DNA from: Rhizophagus irregularis
Lineage: Eukaryota
NCBI RefSeq assembly: GCF_026210795.1
Contig: NC_089436.1
Coordinates: 1,240,001-1,304,000 of the forward strand
DNA: 64,000 bases
Direction: 5' to 3'
Shown here: positions 13,001 to 25,717 of the stretch, in pieces
Layout of the letters: each line of letters begins with the position of its first letter
Position numbering within the stretch: position 1 is the stretch's first letter
Program-made: the position numbers and the translations under genes
The notes under the pieces: model-generated
The model's database searches: none
Told to the model about the DNA's origin: nothing
Seen by the model: only the letters and a program-made list of their open reading frames with translations

Positions 13001-14767
13001 TTTTATAATCATCAAATTTTCGTCGTAGCTACGAAACCTTTCCATACTCTTAGACATATTGCGTATGAACATTTTACAAAAATAGATAAATCTCCTTTAA
13101 ATAATCCTTCACAACGTCCTTTGGACGTTACTCTTACACCATATACTTCTTTACCTTCGAATAATATAGATAACCATATTGACCACGCTTTAATTTGTCA
13201 CCCAGATCTTAAAATAGAATTAAAATCTTGTGCCAAAAAACTAGAATTAGAAAATTTATTAACATTTTATACAGATGGTTCCGTCCAGCATATTGGTACA
13301 ACCCATAGTATTAGTGGATATGGATGGACCCAGGTTCAACCTTTTATACCGCGAGTCAATTTCAAAGGATCTACTGTCTTTTTCCCTTCCTCTTCCAAAA
13401 GTGAAAGTATGGGTATACTCACGGCACTTATTGTATCTCCTTTTAATTATAGAATCAATATTTACACTGATTCAGCCAACTGTATTAATATTTTTAACAC
13501 GCGCATGCAATCAGGCATTGTTAGTCCACGACAAAAATTGAAGCAACCAAATTTTTTAGTATGGGATTTAATTTTTCTCTTAATTAGTGAAAAACACCTT
13601 TTGGTCACCTTACATAAAGTTTCCGACCATAGTAACAACCCTTATAATGATGAAGCAGACCTACTAGCAAAAGCTGGTGCTCATATTATTGAGCCTATTA
13701 TTGTTAATCATAAATTTTTTTCTAAACAGAGCTTAGGTTTTATTTCTTGGAATCGCTTACATGTTGTTGATCGCAACGTTAGAAAATAGGCGGATAATGT
13801 TATTCAACCTTTAATATTCAATTCGATGGTCAATAATAAAGCACTATCTCCTATCAAGCAACAAATTATAGATGGTGATATAGATTGGACTTTCACCAAA
13901 GAATGGTTAAATTCTAATGATCAGGATGCTCCGTGTAGCACCAAACTTTCTAAACAACAAGGAAACAGAATTAAAAAATGTAATTTCATATATCCAACGA
14001 TTGATATATAACAACATAATTACCCTCGTCTATACCCTCTTGGCAGTATACCATATATTGAATGCGCTAATGCTCACGATGATAATATACACATGGGCTT
14101 GTGCAAGGAACACTCAAGTCAAATCAATAGTATATTAATACAAGCTGCTCATGATTTACATGAACTTATTATAACGAATACCAAAGATGAAAATTTTGAT
14201 TTGGATGATACTATACGTAGTTCTTCTCTTTTTAATGCGACCTTTGATGGTGTTTTACCACAATCACATCCAGGATATTTACTTATACACCATTTGGTCC
14301 CGAGTGACCTCACAAAAATTTTTTATATTTATATTAAAGATAAAAAATTACGATTTTCTTTATTTTTGAAATTTTTTTCGACCTTGATGTCTTCAATTGA
14401 TATACTTATTTGGACACGTCGTACTTCCTTAATTAAACAATGGGAAAGTACTCTATTCATTACCAAAAACAAAAAGAGATTTTATAGACAACGACAAAAG
14501 AAAAGAGCTCCTCCTCCTCCTGCTCCAGACGTTTCTGCTCACAATTCATCTCCACGTCGACACTATAACCATCGACACGTTGCCACAACTCCTTATTATA
14601 GGGACGGTGGCTTTTATAATAATCACGCCCATATTCGCTGGACGACAAGTAATTATCTACATTCAGGATATTGGACTACTTATAGGGATAATATAGGGTT
14701 CAATAATATAGATTTATTTTCTATTTTACAAAATAGTTTTCTTAAATATGTCTTTGACATTAGATAG
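10061..14767 (+). pseudogene. LINE ORF2: reverse transcriptase, RNase H, degenerate CCHC; single frame with three internal stops
   Basis: RT motifs KAPGPS, RPITLLE, DLSKAYD, GIDQGEVISPLLW, YLDD. RNase H motifs YTDGS, E, YTDS, HSNNPYNDEAD. ORFs 10052, 10325, 13826 and 14093 share one frame, with stops at 10301, 13787 and 14009. Confidence 0.92.
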
Positions 14768-14991
14768 TTTATTTTTATTTTTTTACGGTTTTGTTAGTGC
14801 TATTAGGCGGGTGTTCTTGGGAAAGTTCTTGGTTCTGACTCGTGTTCACCTATATCCATAAAGGACAGAATTCGTCACGCTTCGGGGTGGCTTGACGTGT
14901 AGTGATAGAATTACTTATAGACTCATTTTATGTTGTCCGCGTAATTGAATCTACCGTTTCGCTTTTCTGTTTTCTAAAAATAAAAAATAAA
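10061..14991 (+). mobile_element. 5'-truncated non-LTR retrotransposon (LINE) with RT and RNase H, inactivated
   Basis: 17-bp TSD ATATACATGTGATAAAG at 10044-10060 and 14992-15008; A-rich (TAAAAA)n tail; no endonuclease domain visible. Confidence 0.93.
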
Positions 14992-15289
14992 ATATACATG
15001 TGATAAAGTGTATGCAAATTGTTTAAATGCACAAAAATGTAAAAAAAAAAGAACCAAATTCCTAAAAAACATAACAATTCCGCAGTAAAAATAAAAATTT
15101 TTTACTCAAGTTTTTTATCTATATATATATATATATATGGAAAATAGTAGAAAAATACAAATAGCCAAAAATAAGATTCCTATTGGATCAGGCGATAAAT
15201 CTGAATTTTTTAGAAATACCCGTTGTCTACGACAACGGTTAATATGTATTAAAATGGCATAATTCCGGCCAGAATTAAAAGATCTGCAA

Positions 15290-15475
15290 AGAATTTCCTT
15301 TTTGGGAAATTTGAGCAACACAATTTTTTTAATTTCTCTGAAAAGTAACAGAAGATAAAATTTCCTTTTTTGGAAATCCGCGTAACTGTAAATTTCCTTT
15401 TATGGAATTCTGTGTAACCCAAAATTTCAGTTTTTTGCCAGAAATAAAATTTCCCTTTTTTGGTCTTGTGTAACA
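15290..15475. repeat. Degenerate tandem repeat AATTTCCTTTTTTGG...GTAAC (4-5 copies)
   Basis: Motif recurs at ~15293, 15358, 15390, 15422, 15447. Confidence 0.55.
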
Positions 15476-15619
15476 GTAGCGACGAATAGGAGTAGGGTTA
15501 CACAATTCAAATGACTTATTTATATGGTTAATCTAAACATAACGCCCACGTGATTGCAGTGTTTTTTAATATATAAGATAAGATATAAGATATATAGATA
15601 TATATATACTGTATATTAC

Positions 15620-16909
15620 TTTTTTTTTTTTTTTTTTAAACGTTTAACTTTATTAATAACATGATGATCGCTGAAACAGTGCATCATGTTCGTTACGACG
15701 ATGCATCTGCTAATAAAGTATCTATCTACAAAAACACAAACAAAACAAAAACATACAACAAGAAACACTAAAACTAAACTCAATAAAACAAAAGAACATG
15801 TAAAATTTAACACTAGCTATTTTTACGCCTGGTTTGACAAATTTTTAACCAAGAGTTTGCGCCAATGTTAAACTTCATCGAACTCCCCACATATAGATAC
15901 TTTATTAATAACAACCTCCTTCCTTACGCATTTCACACTTCTCAAAAGAAAAACAAAATGACAAAAACTACTCTGATTCAAAACCAAACTAAAACGTCTT
16001 CCTAACACCCTATCTAATCTGACTCACTCTTTCAAAACATACAAGCAGTCACCGCAGAGTTGGCTAGACCCCACAATGAAACGTTCATCTTCCCAAAAAG
16101 AGCATTTTCCCCCGTAGAGTTGGCTAGGCCCCGCAGTGGAGCGTCCTTCTTCCCGAAAAGCGTGTTCTCCATAGTTACCTTTTACCTTTCCCATTCTCCA
16201 TAGTTCCCTTTTCCATTCACATGACTTGCCTAACGTTAGCTTTTTGTATTTCTTTGAACAAAACAAGTGTTTGTCTACATTTATTTACATTGCTACCGTC
16301 CAAGTCAAAACTAGAATCATCATCTCTTCTCTCACGTGATTACTGCAGATATGGCTGATCTCTTCCTCGGCTAAATTTGTTGCCGCAATTTGTTCCCAAG
16401 TAAATCACCTCATTTCCTTGCAATCCAATTGGTTTCTCACTGAATCTTCTGTTACTACTTTTATATCCATCCACGTGCTAAAATTTTTGCTGCGCCGACG
16501 AAAAATTTTGCGATGAAAAATTCCCAAGAAACCAATATTTCCAAGAGCTATCCAAAAACTTCTTCAATATCCAAAGGCCTACTTCTTTTTATTTTTCCAA
16601 GCCTCTATTATCGCCCACTGGCAAAATTTTATTTGGAGCAACACCCAGCCCTCCTTGGCATTTTTGGATCATTACCATTAAGTTGACAGTGAGAAATAAA
16701 TTTTTGGTTGAAAAAATTTGAGACCTTCTAGCAAACTTCGTCTAAACTCCATATCAAAATGCTCAGAAAAGACTGAATATACAGTTGGTGATGTTGAAAT
16801 GCGTAAATTAATAAATTTCCATAAGCACTTTTGAACTCTTCTGCCATTTTTTCGTCCTGAAATTTTTGGTCCGAATGATCAGCGGGAAGAGTTCCCTCCT
16901 CATTTTTTG
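15620..16909 (-). mobile_element. 5'-truncated degenerate LINE
   Basis: polyT at 15620-15637 (minus-strand polyA); 16-bp TSD ATATACTGTATATTAC at 15604-15619 and 16910-16925; frameshifted W..R..EVI.WE motif near 16400; internal ~59-bp tandem duplication at 16053-16170. Confidence 0.85.
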
Positions 16910-17577
16910 ATATACTGTATATTACCACTTTATGCAGTATTGTAAAAGTCTATATACTTTATTCTTTACCAACCAAGATATAGAAGTTTAACATAATATA
17001 TTACATGCTAATTTTAGTCTAAAGGATACAGATATAAACAGTTGAAAAAAAGGGCTCTGCATTATGAAATATCTTCAGAAAGTTTTACATTTTTTCTTCA
17101 TATTGCTATGTGTCCTGCTATAGATGGTTTTGATATGACAAAAACTACTTTACAGACATAATGAAGGTGAGAAGCACTAGATGATCATATGGTAAAACTA
17201 TCAGAAAAATCAAGCAAAAAGTTTAAAAAAAATAAAAAAAAAAAAGTCTAAAAAACCCCAATGTGATTCTATAATTACTTCTGATGTAGATTCAGATGAA
17301 ATTGATGAAATAATGAAAACATTTGATGATGACAATCATTCTTCTGAAGATCAAGATTTTAATATGAATTAGCTGATTATGAAAGCCTCTGAATCTCAAT
17401 CATATATCAATTTTTCTGATATGGAAATCACACCAATTGAAATAATTGTATAATCAGAAATTGCTAAGCTTCAGTTGCAGGCTAAATAAATACTGGAGAA
17501 AGTACAACCAATTTGACAAAGTCTTTGAATAAAAATAAGAAGTCAAATAAAAATCTCATTAATTAAGTTATTACAGG

Positions 17578-17989
17578 TAGTGTTCCACATAGATTGAATC
17601 AAATCGAATTTAGTTAGGTTTGGAATTGATTCAATTTGAATCAAATTTGAATCAAATTGAATCTAAACTTGATCAAATCATTCAAATCTAATTTGTGATT
17701 TGATTTAATTTGATTTGATTTGATTCAAACTTGATTTAAATCCAATTTGAATAATTTGAATTAATTTGATTTGATTTGAAATTTGATTCAATTTGATTTG
17801 ATTCAATCTGAATTTGATTTGAATTTAATTTAAATAATTCAAATTAATTCAATTTGATTTAGTAATTTGACTCAAATTTGATTTGAATTTGATTTGGATT
17901 TGATTCAGATTTGATTTGTGAATCAAAAATTATTAAATCAAATCAAATCCAAATCAATTTAATTTGACCAAATCTTTTGCAGAACACTA
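17578..17989. mobile_element. hAT-like MITE filled with (TTTGA/TTGAA)n repeats
   Basis: Termini TAGTGTTC...GAACACTA; no clean TSD. Confidence 0.65.
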
Positions 17990-18778
17990 AATTTACAAGT
18001 CATATATCAGCCAATAATGATATATTGCGAGTCAGAGACATATTGGTATATGATATCCCAGTATTCTGAATAGCAGAACATATTTTGCAACAGTTAACTC
18101 TGTAAGAAAAACCTATTTTAATTCAAATGAAATAACAAAGAAAATATCAGATGGTTCGTTTGAAGATAGAATTAAATACCTTCATTTAGTTCACACGGCA
18201 GTTCAAAGTTAATGAAAACCCAGCGTAAATAACAGATTTAGGGGGATACCAGTAAGATAGTTTCCAGCAAGGTGGACTTTCAAAGAATGAAAACAATGTG
18301 AGAAATTCTAAGCTATGATTAGAAAAATTTTAGATTTTATGACACTAGCAGCCTTATGGATAAATCATCATCCACACACTTTCATTTCTACAATTAAAGG
18401 ATTGAAAAATTTTAAAATCATTCAAACAGTTCAGGGTAAACATAAACTTATTGGTTATTTTGAAAATGGGTTGATATATAGAACGCATTAGATAATCAAT
18501 TCATTTGGGATCAGCTATCTTAGAATTGATATGAACCTCTGATGTAACTGACAAAGTCATGTGATAAATGATATCAACAAGAACCAATGAACTTCAGGAA
18601 GTCAATCAACTAACAAAAATTAACAGAATTCTAAGAATTCAAAAAAGAAACCAGAAGAGATAAAGTCTGACAAGCTGAAAAAGCATAAGAAAAACAAGTC
18701 CCATAAAGCATTGTGATCTAAAGTCTTGGTGGAAATTATAGATGTTTTGCGTAAATTAATCTAATTTAGTTAACTTAA

Positions 18779-19538
18779 TTCGTGATCCGTCTCCAAACCA
18801 GTGAAATCTACTAATACATTTTGGGAAATTATTTTGCTAATTAATTTAGTGGGAAATTCAGATAAGAGCAATAGATATAGCACACAGGAAATGTGAAATG
18901 AACTTACAAATTATTAGAGAAAAGTAGTTTAGAAGAACTGCAAAATTACTAGATACACCACTCAATATAGTACGACCTGTGTTTAATAGAAATAAATAAT
19001 TTTAATACTTTTTTTTTGTTTTTTCTTATTTATAACCTTTAAATAAATTATTTACCAGCAAATAAATAACATTTTAATAAAAAAATATCAATTTTGTGAT
19101 TGTCACACCTCTTGTATTGAATAATTATGGCATTTTTAAAGGCCGGAATCCAGCGTCGCTAAAGAAAAAATTTTTTAACTAATCGTTCAATGTAAAAATT
19201 TTTGATGGATCCTGATTCCCTCGGTTTTAAGCAATTGGTTACACTATTTTTCAGCCGGGTTGTAATACAAATTTGGCTGGTTACTTTTTAGGCAATATCG
19301 CCAATTTGTATAATAACGTAGCCTTAAATGGCAAGTATATGTTGATCAAACTTGTGATATTAATATTTGACGATGCAAATTTATCATTCAATATACCCAG
19401 AACATTATTATATAACACTTAAAAAAAAAAAAATTCTGCGCGAATCAGCTCAAAAGCCATTTAAGTTATAATTAATTTGTAAAACTAGTTCCCCGAAATT
19501 TATTAGTAGTTTTCACTGGTTCGGAGACGGATCACGAA
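18779..19538. mobile_element. TIR element flanked by TTAA (TTCGTGATCCG family)
   Basis: ~50-bp TIR TTCGTGATCCGTCTCC.AACCAGTGAAA.CTACTAATA; TTAA on both sides. Confidence 0.85.
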
Positions 19539-19778
19539 TTAAGTTTTAGAATATGCAAATTATTATTTTTTTTATTTTCCCCTTCCCTATTTGATTAATT
19601 AGCATAGTTCTAATTTTTTGAATACTCTCGTTCAAAGAGTAGGTCCTATATGGGATGAAGCCTGAGATCTATACAATATTAGTTTTTTCTAATATGTAAA
19701 TACCTTTTACTTTTATTTGTAATAGACTTAGTTTACTAGCTACTTTTTAAGAAATTAAATAAATAAATAAATAAATAA

Positions 19779-19975
19779 TCCTACAAAAATGTCATGAAAA
19801 AATTACGTGACTGTTTTTGTCACATACGTCACACCCTTCCTTATTTCCATTTTTCATAAGTATTTGGGGACTGAATTTTTTTCGAGATGTAAAATCCTAT
19901 TTGTCACTCATTATTTGTCACATAGTTAATTTATTAATTTCTTAATGCTGGCCGTTTCATGACATTTTTGTAGGG
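19779..19975. mobile_element. MITE
   Basis: TIR CCTACAAAAATGTCATGAAA / TTTCATGACATTTTTGTAGG. Confidence 0.75.
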
Positions 19976-20448
19976 TACGCTGGGGTAGTTGATTTTGGAA
20001 ATTAGCACTTTTTTGGCCGACTATGAATACAAATATCTCAGGATCTAATTATCCATTTTTTGCGATTTTAGGCTTGTATAGAAGCACTGATCGCAAACTA
20101 GGTAACTATAGAGTTTCGTATAGAATAGGCAGATTGTTCATGAGTTATTGCATCTCAAATTTCATAGACTAATTTTTAAGATAAAGTAATGAATATAGTA
20201 TACTTAGTGTAATGCTTTATGTAATGCTTTATTTGATGTAAATTTAATATGAATATTGTAATAATATTTGATATGCTTAATATAATATTAACATATATAT
20301 TAAAATGACTAATTAATTAATTTAATTTAAAATGAAAAAATCAATAATTATGTAATGTATGACAAATATTCTTTTGTAATGAAATATATTAATATTATGA
20401 GTTAGCCATGTAAAATACTGCGTCAATAACCATATTGTTATGTATGAT

Positions 20449-20679
20449 TAAGGTTGCTTGTCTAAACCTCTTCAAAATCCTTCGATTAGTTACTATAGAT
20501 TTATTATAGTTTTGGCAGAGTTTCGGCAGTTTCAGCATTTATAATAAGTTTCGGCAGTTTCATCTTTCTCCAAAGTTTCGCCAGTTTTTTAATATAACTT
20601 TAATATAGTTTCGGCAGAATTTCGCTTTTCGGCGAAATGCCATCTTGCCTAAACCCCTAGGTTTCGGCAAGCAACCTTA
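20449..20679. mobile_element. hAT-type MITE with TTTCGGCA subterminal repeats
   Basis: TIR TAAGGTTGCTTG; 8-bp TSD TGTATGAT/TGCATGAT (one mismatch). Confidence 0.8.
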
Positions 20680-20740
20680 TGCATGATATCTTCACAACCA
20701 TATCAAAATCCATGATAATAATATAATAAAAGAATTGTAA

Positions 20741-21014
20741 CCCTATAAAAAAGAAAATTCAGAATTTGTCCTGAAAAGTATGGAAAATGTCCAGAAATTT
20801 TCCGTGCATCCGGAAAATATTTGGAAACAGTCATATTTTGGAACATTTTCTGGACGCTCAATTCTGGACAAATTCTGGACAAATTCTGGAGTGTCAAGAA
20901 AATGTCTGGAATTTGTACATCTGGAAAGTGTTCCAAAACATGACTGTTTCCGAAAATTTCTGGATATTTTCCATACTTTTCAGGACAAATTCTGAATTTT
21001 CTTTTTTTATAGGG
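20741..21014. mobile_element. Fold-back MITE, CCCTRTAAAAA family
   Basis: ~65-bp near-perfect TIR; TAA on both sides. Confidence 0.85.
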
Positions 21015-21059
21015 TAATATACTATCAAAAAAACATATATTGATAGTAAAGTAATATCT

Positions 21060-21865
21060 ATAGGTATTATTATAAAAGTTTATATCGAGATTTTATTAGC
21101 GAACATTACGATTATGCATGCATATATGAACTCAATATTAATAACAATATAGAAATCATAATTAATTATTTACTTTATAATTAGTGGCCAGTTTGGACGG
21201 TCCTTTAAAATTTTGCCATACAACAGCAGTATTGTTCTGATCCACAACATGGTAATTATAACAATTAAGTCAATTAACGGTTAATGAACGTATATTGTAT
21301 TACGTAAAATCTTAACCGTTTATGCTACTAGTACTATATTAATTTTTTTTTCATGGCTAAAGCTTTACTAGCCTTTCAACTGCATTTGAATGTTTTGAAG
21401 GTAACTCTATTTTTACTTTTTATTCTTTTATATGTTTATAATAATACTTAAACTATCAGAATTTAACAAATTTATTAAATTTAATCCTAATTTTTTAAAT
21501 TGCGTTTCATTTTATTTAAGTGTGAAAAAAATCAATATATTACGAAGAATAAAGGGGTATCAAATCAAGCATATTGATTGATATTTCTTAGCATTATTAC
21601 ACAAATATTATTGGTTAGGACATTTGCCGGACAGATTTGGCCGGAGTTATGCAGAGTTATGCACGAACACGTGATCAAACGGCCAGCGTTACTGTAGAAC
21701 AAATAGACCTGATAGCACCTCGTTTATTATTATTATTGTTTATTATTAAGTGCTCTCAAGTCTCAACTAATCAACATTAATACACTCATCGGTATTAATC
21801 ATTTGATTTTGTTGAATACCATGATATTAGTTCAATTATGAAATCTTCCTTTCAAATTTGTCTCG
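21060..21865 (+). repeat. Direct duplicate of ~27275-29625 (the second copy is inflated by insertions)
   Basis: Shared blocks in colinear order, e.g. TATATGAACTCAATATTAATAACAATATAGAAATCATAAT, ATCAAGCATATTGAT, CAATTATGAAAT. Confidence 0.8.
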
Positions 21866-21906
21866 TAACTAGGGGTTAGATAAATAAACGGGGGCCAACT
21901 CATAGG

Positions 21907-22049
21907 CAGTGATGTGCTCTTGGAATATTGGAAGCACTATTGGAAGCACCTTTGGAAAGATTGGAAGCATAATTTTCTAATAAAACCATTTGGATTGGAA
22001 GCTTCCAACCAAATTTTTATGTCATTGGAAGTACAAATGCACATCACTG
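21907..22049. mobile_element. hAT-type MITE with TTGGAAG repeats
   Basis: TIR CAGTGATGTGC; perfect 8-bp TSD CTCATAGG at 21899-21906 and 22050-22057. Confidence 0.9.
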
Positions 22050-22607
22050 CTCATAGGTTACACAGGCTGATCAACAATAACTAATAACCCATGTTTAAGA
22101 TGAAAGATCGGCAATAATCATGTGAAAATACAATATTTGTCAAAGCTATCTTTAAAAAACTTGATCGGCTTTGAAATACCTCAAAACTATATGAAATTTT
22201 ATTAAATACATAAAAATAATATACAATAAAAGAAGAAAATGCTATTTTTAGACAGTTTAAATAAAAATATTTAAAATTTTTATTGAGATCTCAAAAAAAA
22301 AGTGTAATTTTTAACTTTCTATTGTCAAGTACTAGTAAAAACATATAAAACTAAGAACAAAGCAACCAGTGGTCCAATTTAGATAAAAAAACAACGTCTA
22401 CATAAAGCTAATATGGACGAACTTAACTTTTTGGATCGACTGCTACAAATTAAGTTACCAATAAAAAAAACCTCGTTCTTGATCGACCAAGTCAATTGAC
22501 TCGACTATCATAAACCGACTGAATACTCGAAAAAGACTATATAAGGGCGTGACAAATAGGTTTCACATACGATACATTATGACAAATATTTCACTATAAT
22601 CGCGTGC

Positions 22608-22720
22608 AGGTGTTATTTATTTGGTTACGGTATGTTCTTGTGTATTTGTTACGGTATTGTGCTTTGAGGTGTTATTTATTTGTTCTTGTGTATTTTGTTA
22701 CGATATTGTGCTTTGTTGTT
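22608..22720. repeat. Two-copy degenerate tandem repeat (~50-59 bp)
   Basis: AGGTGTTATTTATTTG...TTCTTGTGTATTT.GTTACG.TATTGTGCTTTG occurs twice. Confidence 0.6.
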
Positions 22721-23077
22721 TTTTAGGTATGAAACTTTAGCCGGTATTGCTTTCTCCAATTACGGTACGAAATCACCTAATAAAATATAGTACCTATAAT
22801 ATTTTTTCCTTTTTAGTATTACCACGAAACAAAGTAATCTTTTTTGTATTTTCATAAACATGACAACAAATAATTAAATCATTTAAATTGTATTTAGAAA
22901 GAAAGGTCTTACCAGTTGAAAAAGATACGAACGTTGATCATTTTACAGTTTTTGATAAAAAGAATGCTCAATAATTCTTTTTTAAAAAGTCTAGTTGTCT
23001 TATTAATTAAATCGATCAAATAGATTAAAATTTTACTTTAAAATGCTCAGGACGAAAAATATACTAAGTCGTGTGAT

Positions 23078-23595
23078 AAGTCCTATTGAATGGAGGACCA
23101 GGTCCTAAGAGAATGAGTCCTAGAATTTAGGTTTTATTAAGTCCAGACCTGGACCTGATCCCAGGATCTGGTCTTGGGCTAAATTATTTATAAATTTTGT
23201 TGCATAAAAATGAAATTTCATTTATTTTTATAATTTAATAATAACAAGAGTATGTTTTTTTTTGTACCCAAATGAAATTTTAGAAGAATTCTTAATGCTT
23301 TTTTTCATTAATTCTTTTATTGTCAAATAATATAAAATTATCTTATTAGTGTTGCATCAATTCAAAACTATATACTAAAGACTTAATACTGTATATTTAC
23401 AAAAATTTTAAATAATGCTGTAAATTAGTAAATACAGAATAAATACAGAACAAACGTGCCATCTGAGCTGTTAAAATACCACTCATTGTTACATGGTACA
23501 TTTTAGAATTTTTAATAAATATTGGTATATTCAGTAGCATATCGGCATATTTGTTATAAATCTTATCATTTCTGAAATTCTATTGGATAGGACTT
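23078..23595. mobile_element. Possible old TIR element
   Basis: AAGTCCTATTGAATGGA vs reverse complement AAGTCCTATCCAATAGA; internal GGACC/GGTCC motifs; no TSD. Confidence 0.35.
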
Positions 23596-25058
23596 TTTAA
23601 GATCAGATTTTCGTCCGGACCTAAAGTATAATTTTGACGTACTTCATTTTATATCAATTTTTCATCTTTTTTGATAAACTTTTATGTAAAATTCCCAAAA
23701 AAATTCTAAATATTAATTTGAACTCAATCGTATTGTGTAAACAAAAATAAATAAATAAATAAATAAATACATTGCCTTTTCGTGCTAGCATGCTATCTCC
23801 AAGACGCGTGAAATGAATTTTTAAATTTGACATTGCTCTGTGAAACTTTAATGGCGATGATTATCAAGAAAAAAAATAGATTTTAGATAGATTAATTAAA
23901 ACGTCCGAATTTTAAGTGTTTTGCTACTAAAAAAAGGGTAAATATAAAGTAACATCAAAGAAGAATTAATCGTAAACTAGTCAAATTTTTATAATCGAAT
24001 TTGGAAATCGATTTGCATAATTCAATATTCACGTGATCAAAATGCGATGGTTTTTTCACATGGTTTCATGGGCATTCATTCTAAAGATAGGGTTTTTCAA
24101 AGTTAATATTTTCAGAGTAATTACGTAACTTCGCATTTTTACATTATGTATTAAGATTATTAATATGCAGGTGAACTGTTAAAGATCGACTTTGTGCACG
24201 CGGAGTCGTGGAGAATAAGTACTAGAGATATATCCAAATTACAGGTTTCAGAAATTTCACGCTTATGTAATAGGTATATCTTTTTAAAATTTACACCTTT
24301 TAAGATTTTTTTTATTTCACCTTTTTAAGATTTTTATTTGGTCCTATAATTATCGAAATTTTATTTAAACCGGAGCGATAAAACAATATGAAGTAGGACT
24401 TATTGTATTCTATGATAGACATTTCTATACTTAGGTGATTATTATACAATTAGATCAGCAAAATGTTTCCTTTGGCAAACGTGCCAAATGACGTAAAATA
24501 AATATCTAAAGTTTAATTATATCAAATTTTAATAAAAAAAAACGCCAAATGGCTTGTTTATTTTATTTCGGTCGGCCAATAACTTTTACAAAGCGGATGA
24601 CTATTACATATGACGTATCCCTTCTAATATCTCTCGTGATCTAAGAAATAAAGTTTAAAAATTTAAAAATCTTATGATAGAAAAGCAGACTAAAAAAAAA
24701 AGGAAAACAAGCGATAAATATTCCTTTTTTTGATTTGAAAAGGCAAGCTGCAATTCGTCGGGTTTATTTCAATTATTATTAATTTTTCGTATGAATATAT
24801 AGTAACCTATACTAAAATCGATAATAGAATTACGGGTAAGTAAATAATTAGTCTAGGTAGAAAACATCATTTCCCAATTATTTAATTCCGCTTAACGCCG
24901 GTTCGTTACACCGGAAATATTTCTCCTTGTTTTTTTTTTCAATTAAAGTGTATAAAATATTTTTTCAAATTATTTATATCTGGATTTTTTTTTTCCAAAA
25001 AAAATTTTTTTTCTTTATTCTCCATTTAACTGTTCTCACTATTTCACATAAAAATAAT

Positions 25059-25717
25059 ATGAATAATATGGATGAAAATTTACAGCAATCGCTTATTTAT
25101 AATAATACCAGCATTGAAACTGGTGAATCATTTGATTTTTCTACCACAATTCAACAAACTACGCAAAGTCAAGAATCTTCAATAACGTCCCATGGAAATG
25201 TGATCGATGTAGCAGCACATACTATGCAACATCAGCAGATTTTACAAGTTTTAAATTATTTAAAATTTTATTACTTTTCACCTAATGATGTCAATTTTTA
25301 TCTTGTAATTTGTAAAATCATTTTACAAGATTCTTTTAATGATCATAATCATTATGATCATGAATTTTTTTACCAGCATCCAAGTTATCCCACTATAAGA
25401 TATCATGTTTCTTGTAAGTTACTTTCATACTCACTAGTAGAAAACATTTTGAATAATGAAATGTGTGGAATAAATTTTGATACAGAATTATTGTCTTTAG
25501 ACCAAAAAAATTCAATCTTGAACATAACTTGAAACATAAACTTTTCTACCGAATGATCTGTGATAGAAGCACAAATGACGTTGGGAATAATGAAATGATA
25601 ACACAAACCGTTTCATCAATGGCAGGCAATCAAAATTATAATGATAGTGATTTTTCAAGTAATGAACATATTACTCACCAAGATACAAATGGGCTGGCAA
25701 CAAGAATATTTCAATAA
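25059..25717 (+). pseudogene. Unknown-function protein U1 (MNNMDENL family), frameshifted in an A-homopolymer at ~25504-25510
   Basis: ORFs 24927-25532 and 25529-25717 together match the intact 46406-47074 protein; A7 here vs A5 in the paralog (could be a sequencing error). Confidence 0.75.

Larger units (their letters stand above)
16970..19778 (+). mobile_element. Old LINE remnant (ORF1-like region and probable (TAAA)n tail) interrupted by DNA elements
   Basis: Broken translations LVYDIP and GIPVR*FPARWTFKE*KQCEKF*AMI resemble glomeromycete LINE ORF1 (from memory, not searched); (TAAA)n at 19756-19778. Confidence 0.5.

Noticed and set aside
14790..14910. GC-richer stem-loops in the LINE 3' UTR as a possible ribozyme or ncRNA
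   Set aside because: Only short imperfect helices; no hammerhead or HDV core identified by eye.
17590..17975. Possible telomeric or satellite repeat
   Set aside because: Degenerate pentamers in both orientations bounded by TIRs; not TTAGGG.
20703..21017. Overlapping ORFs on both strands
   Set aside because: By-product of a palindromic MITE.
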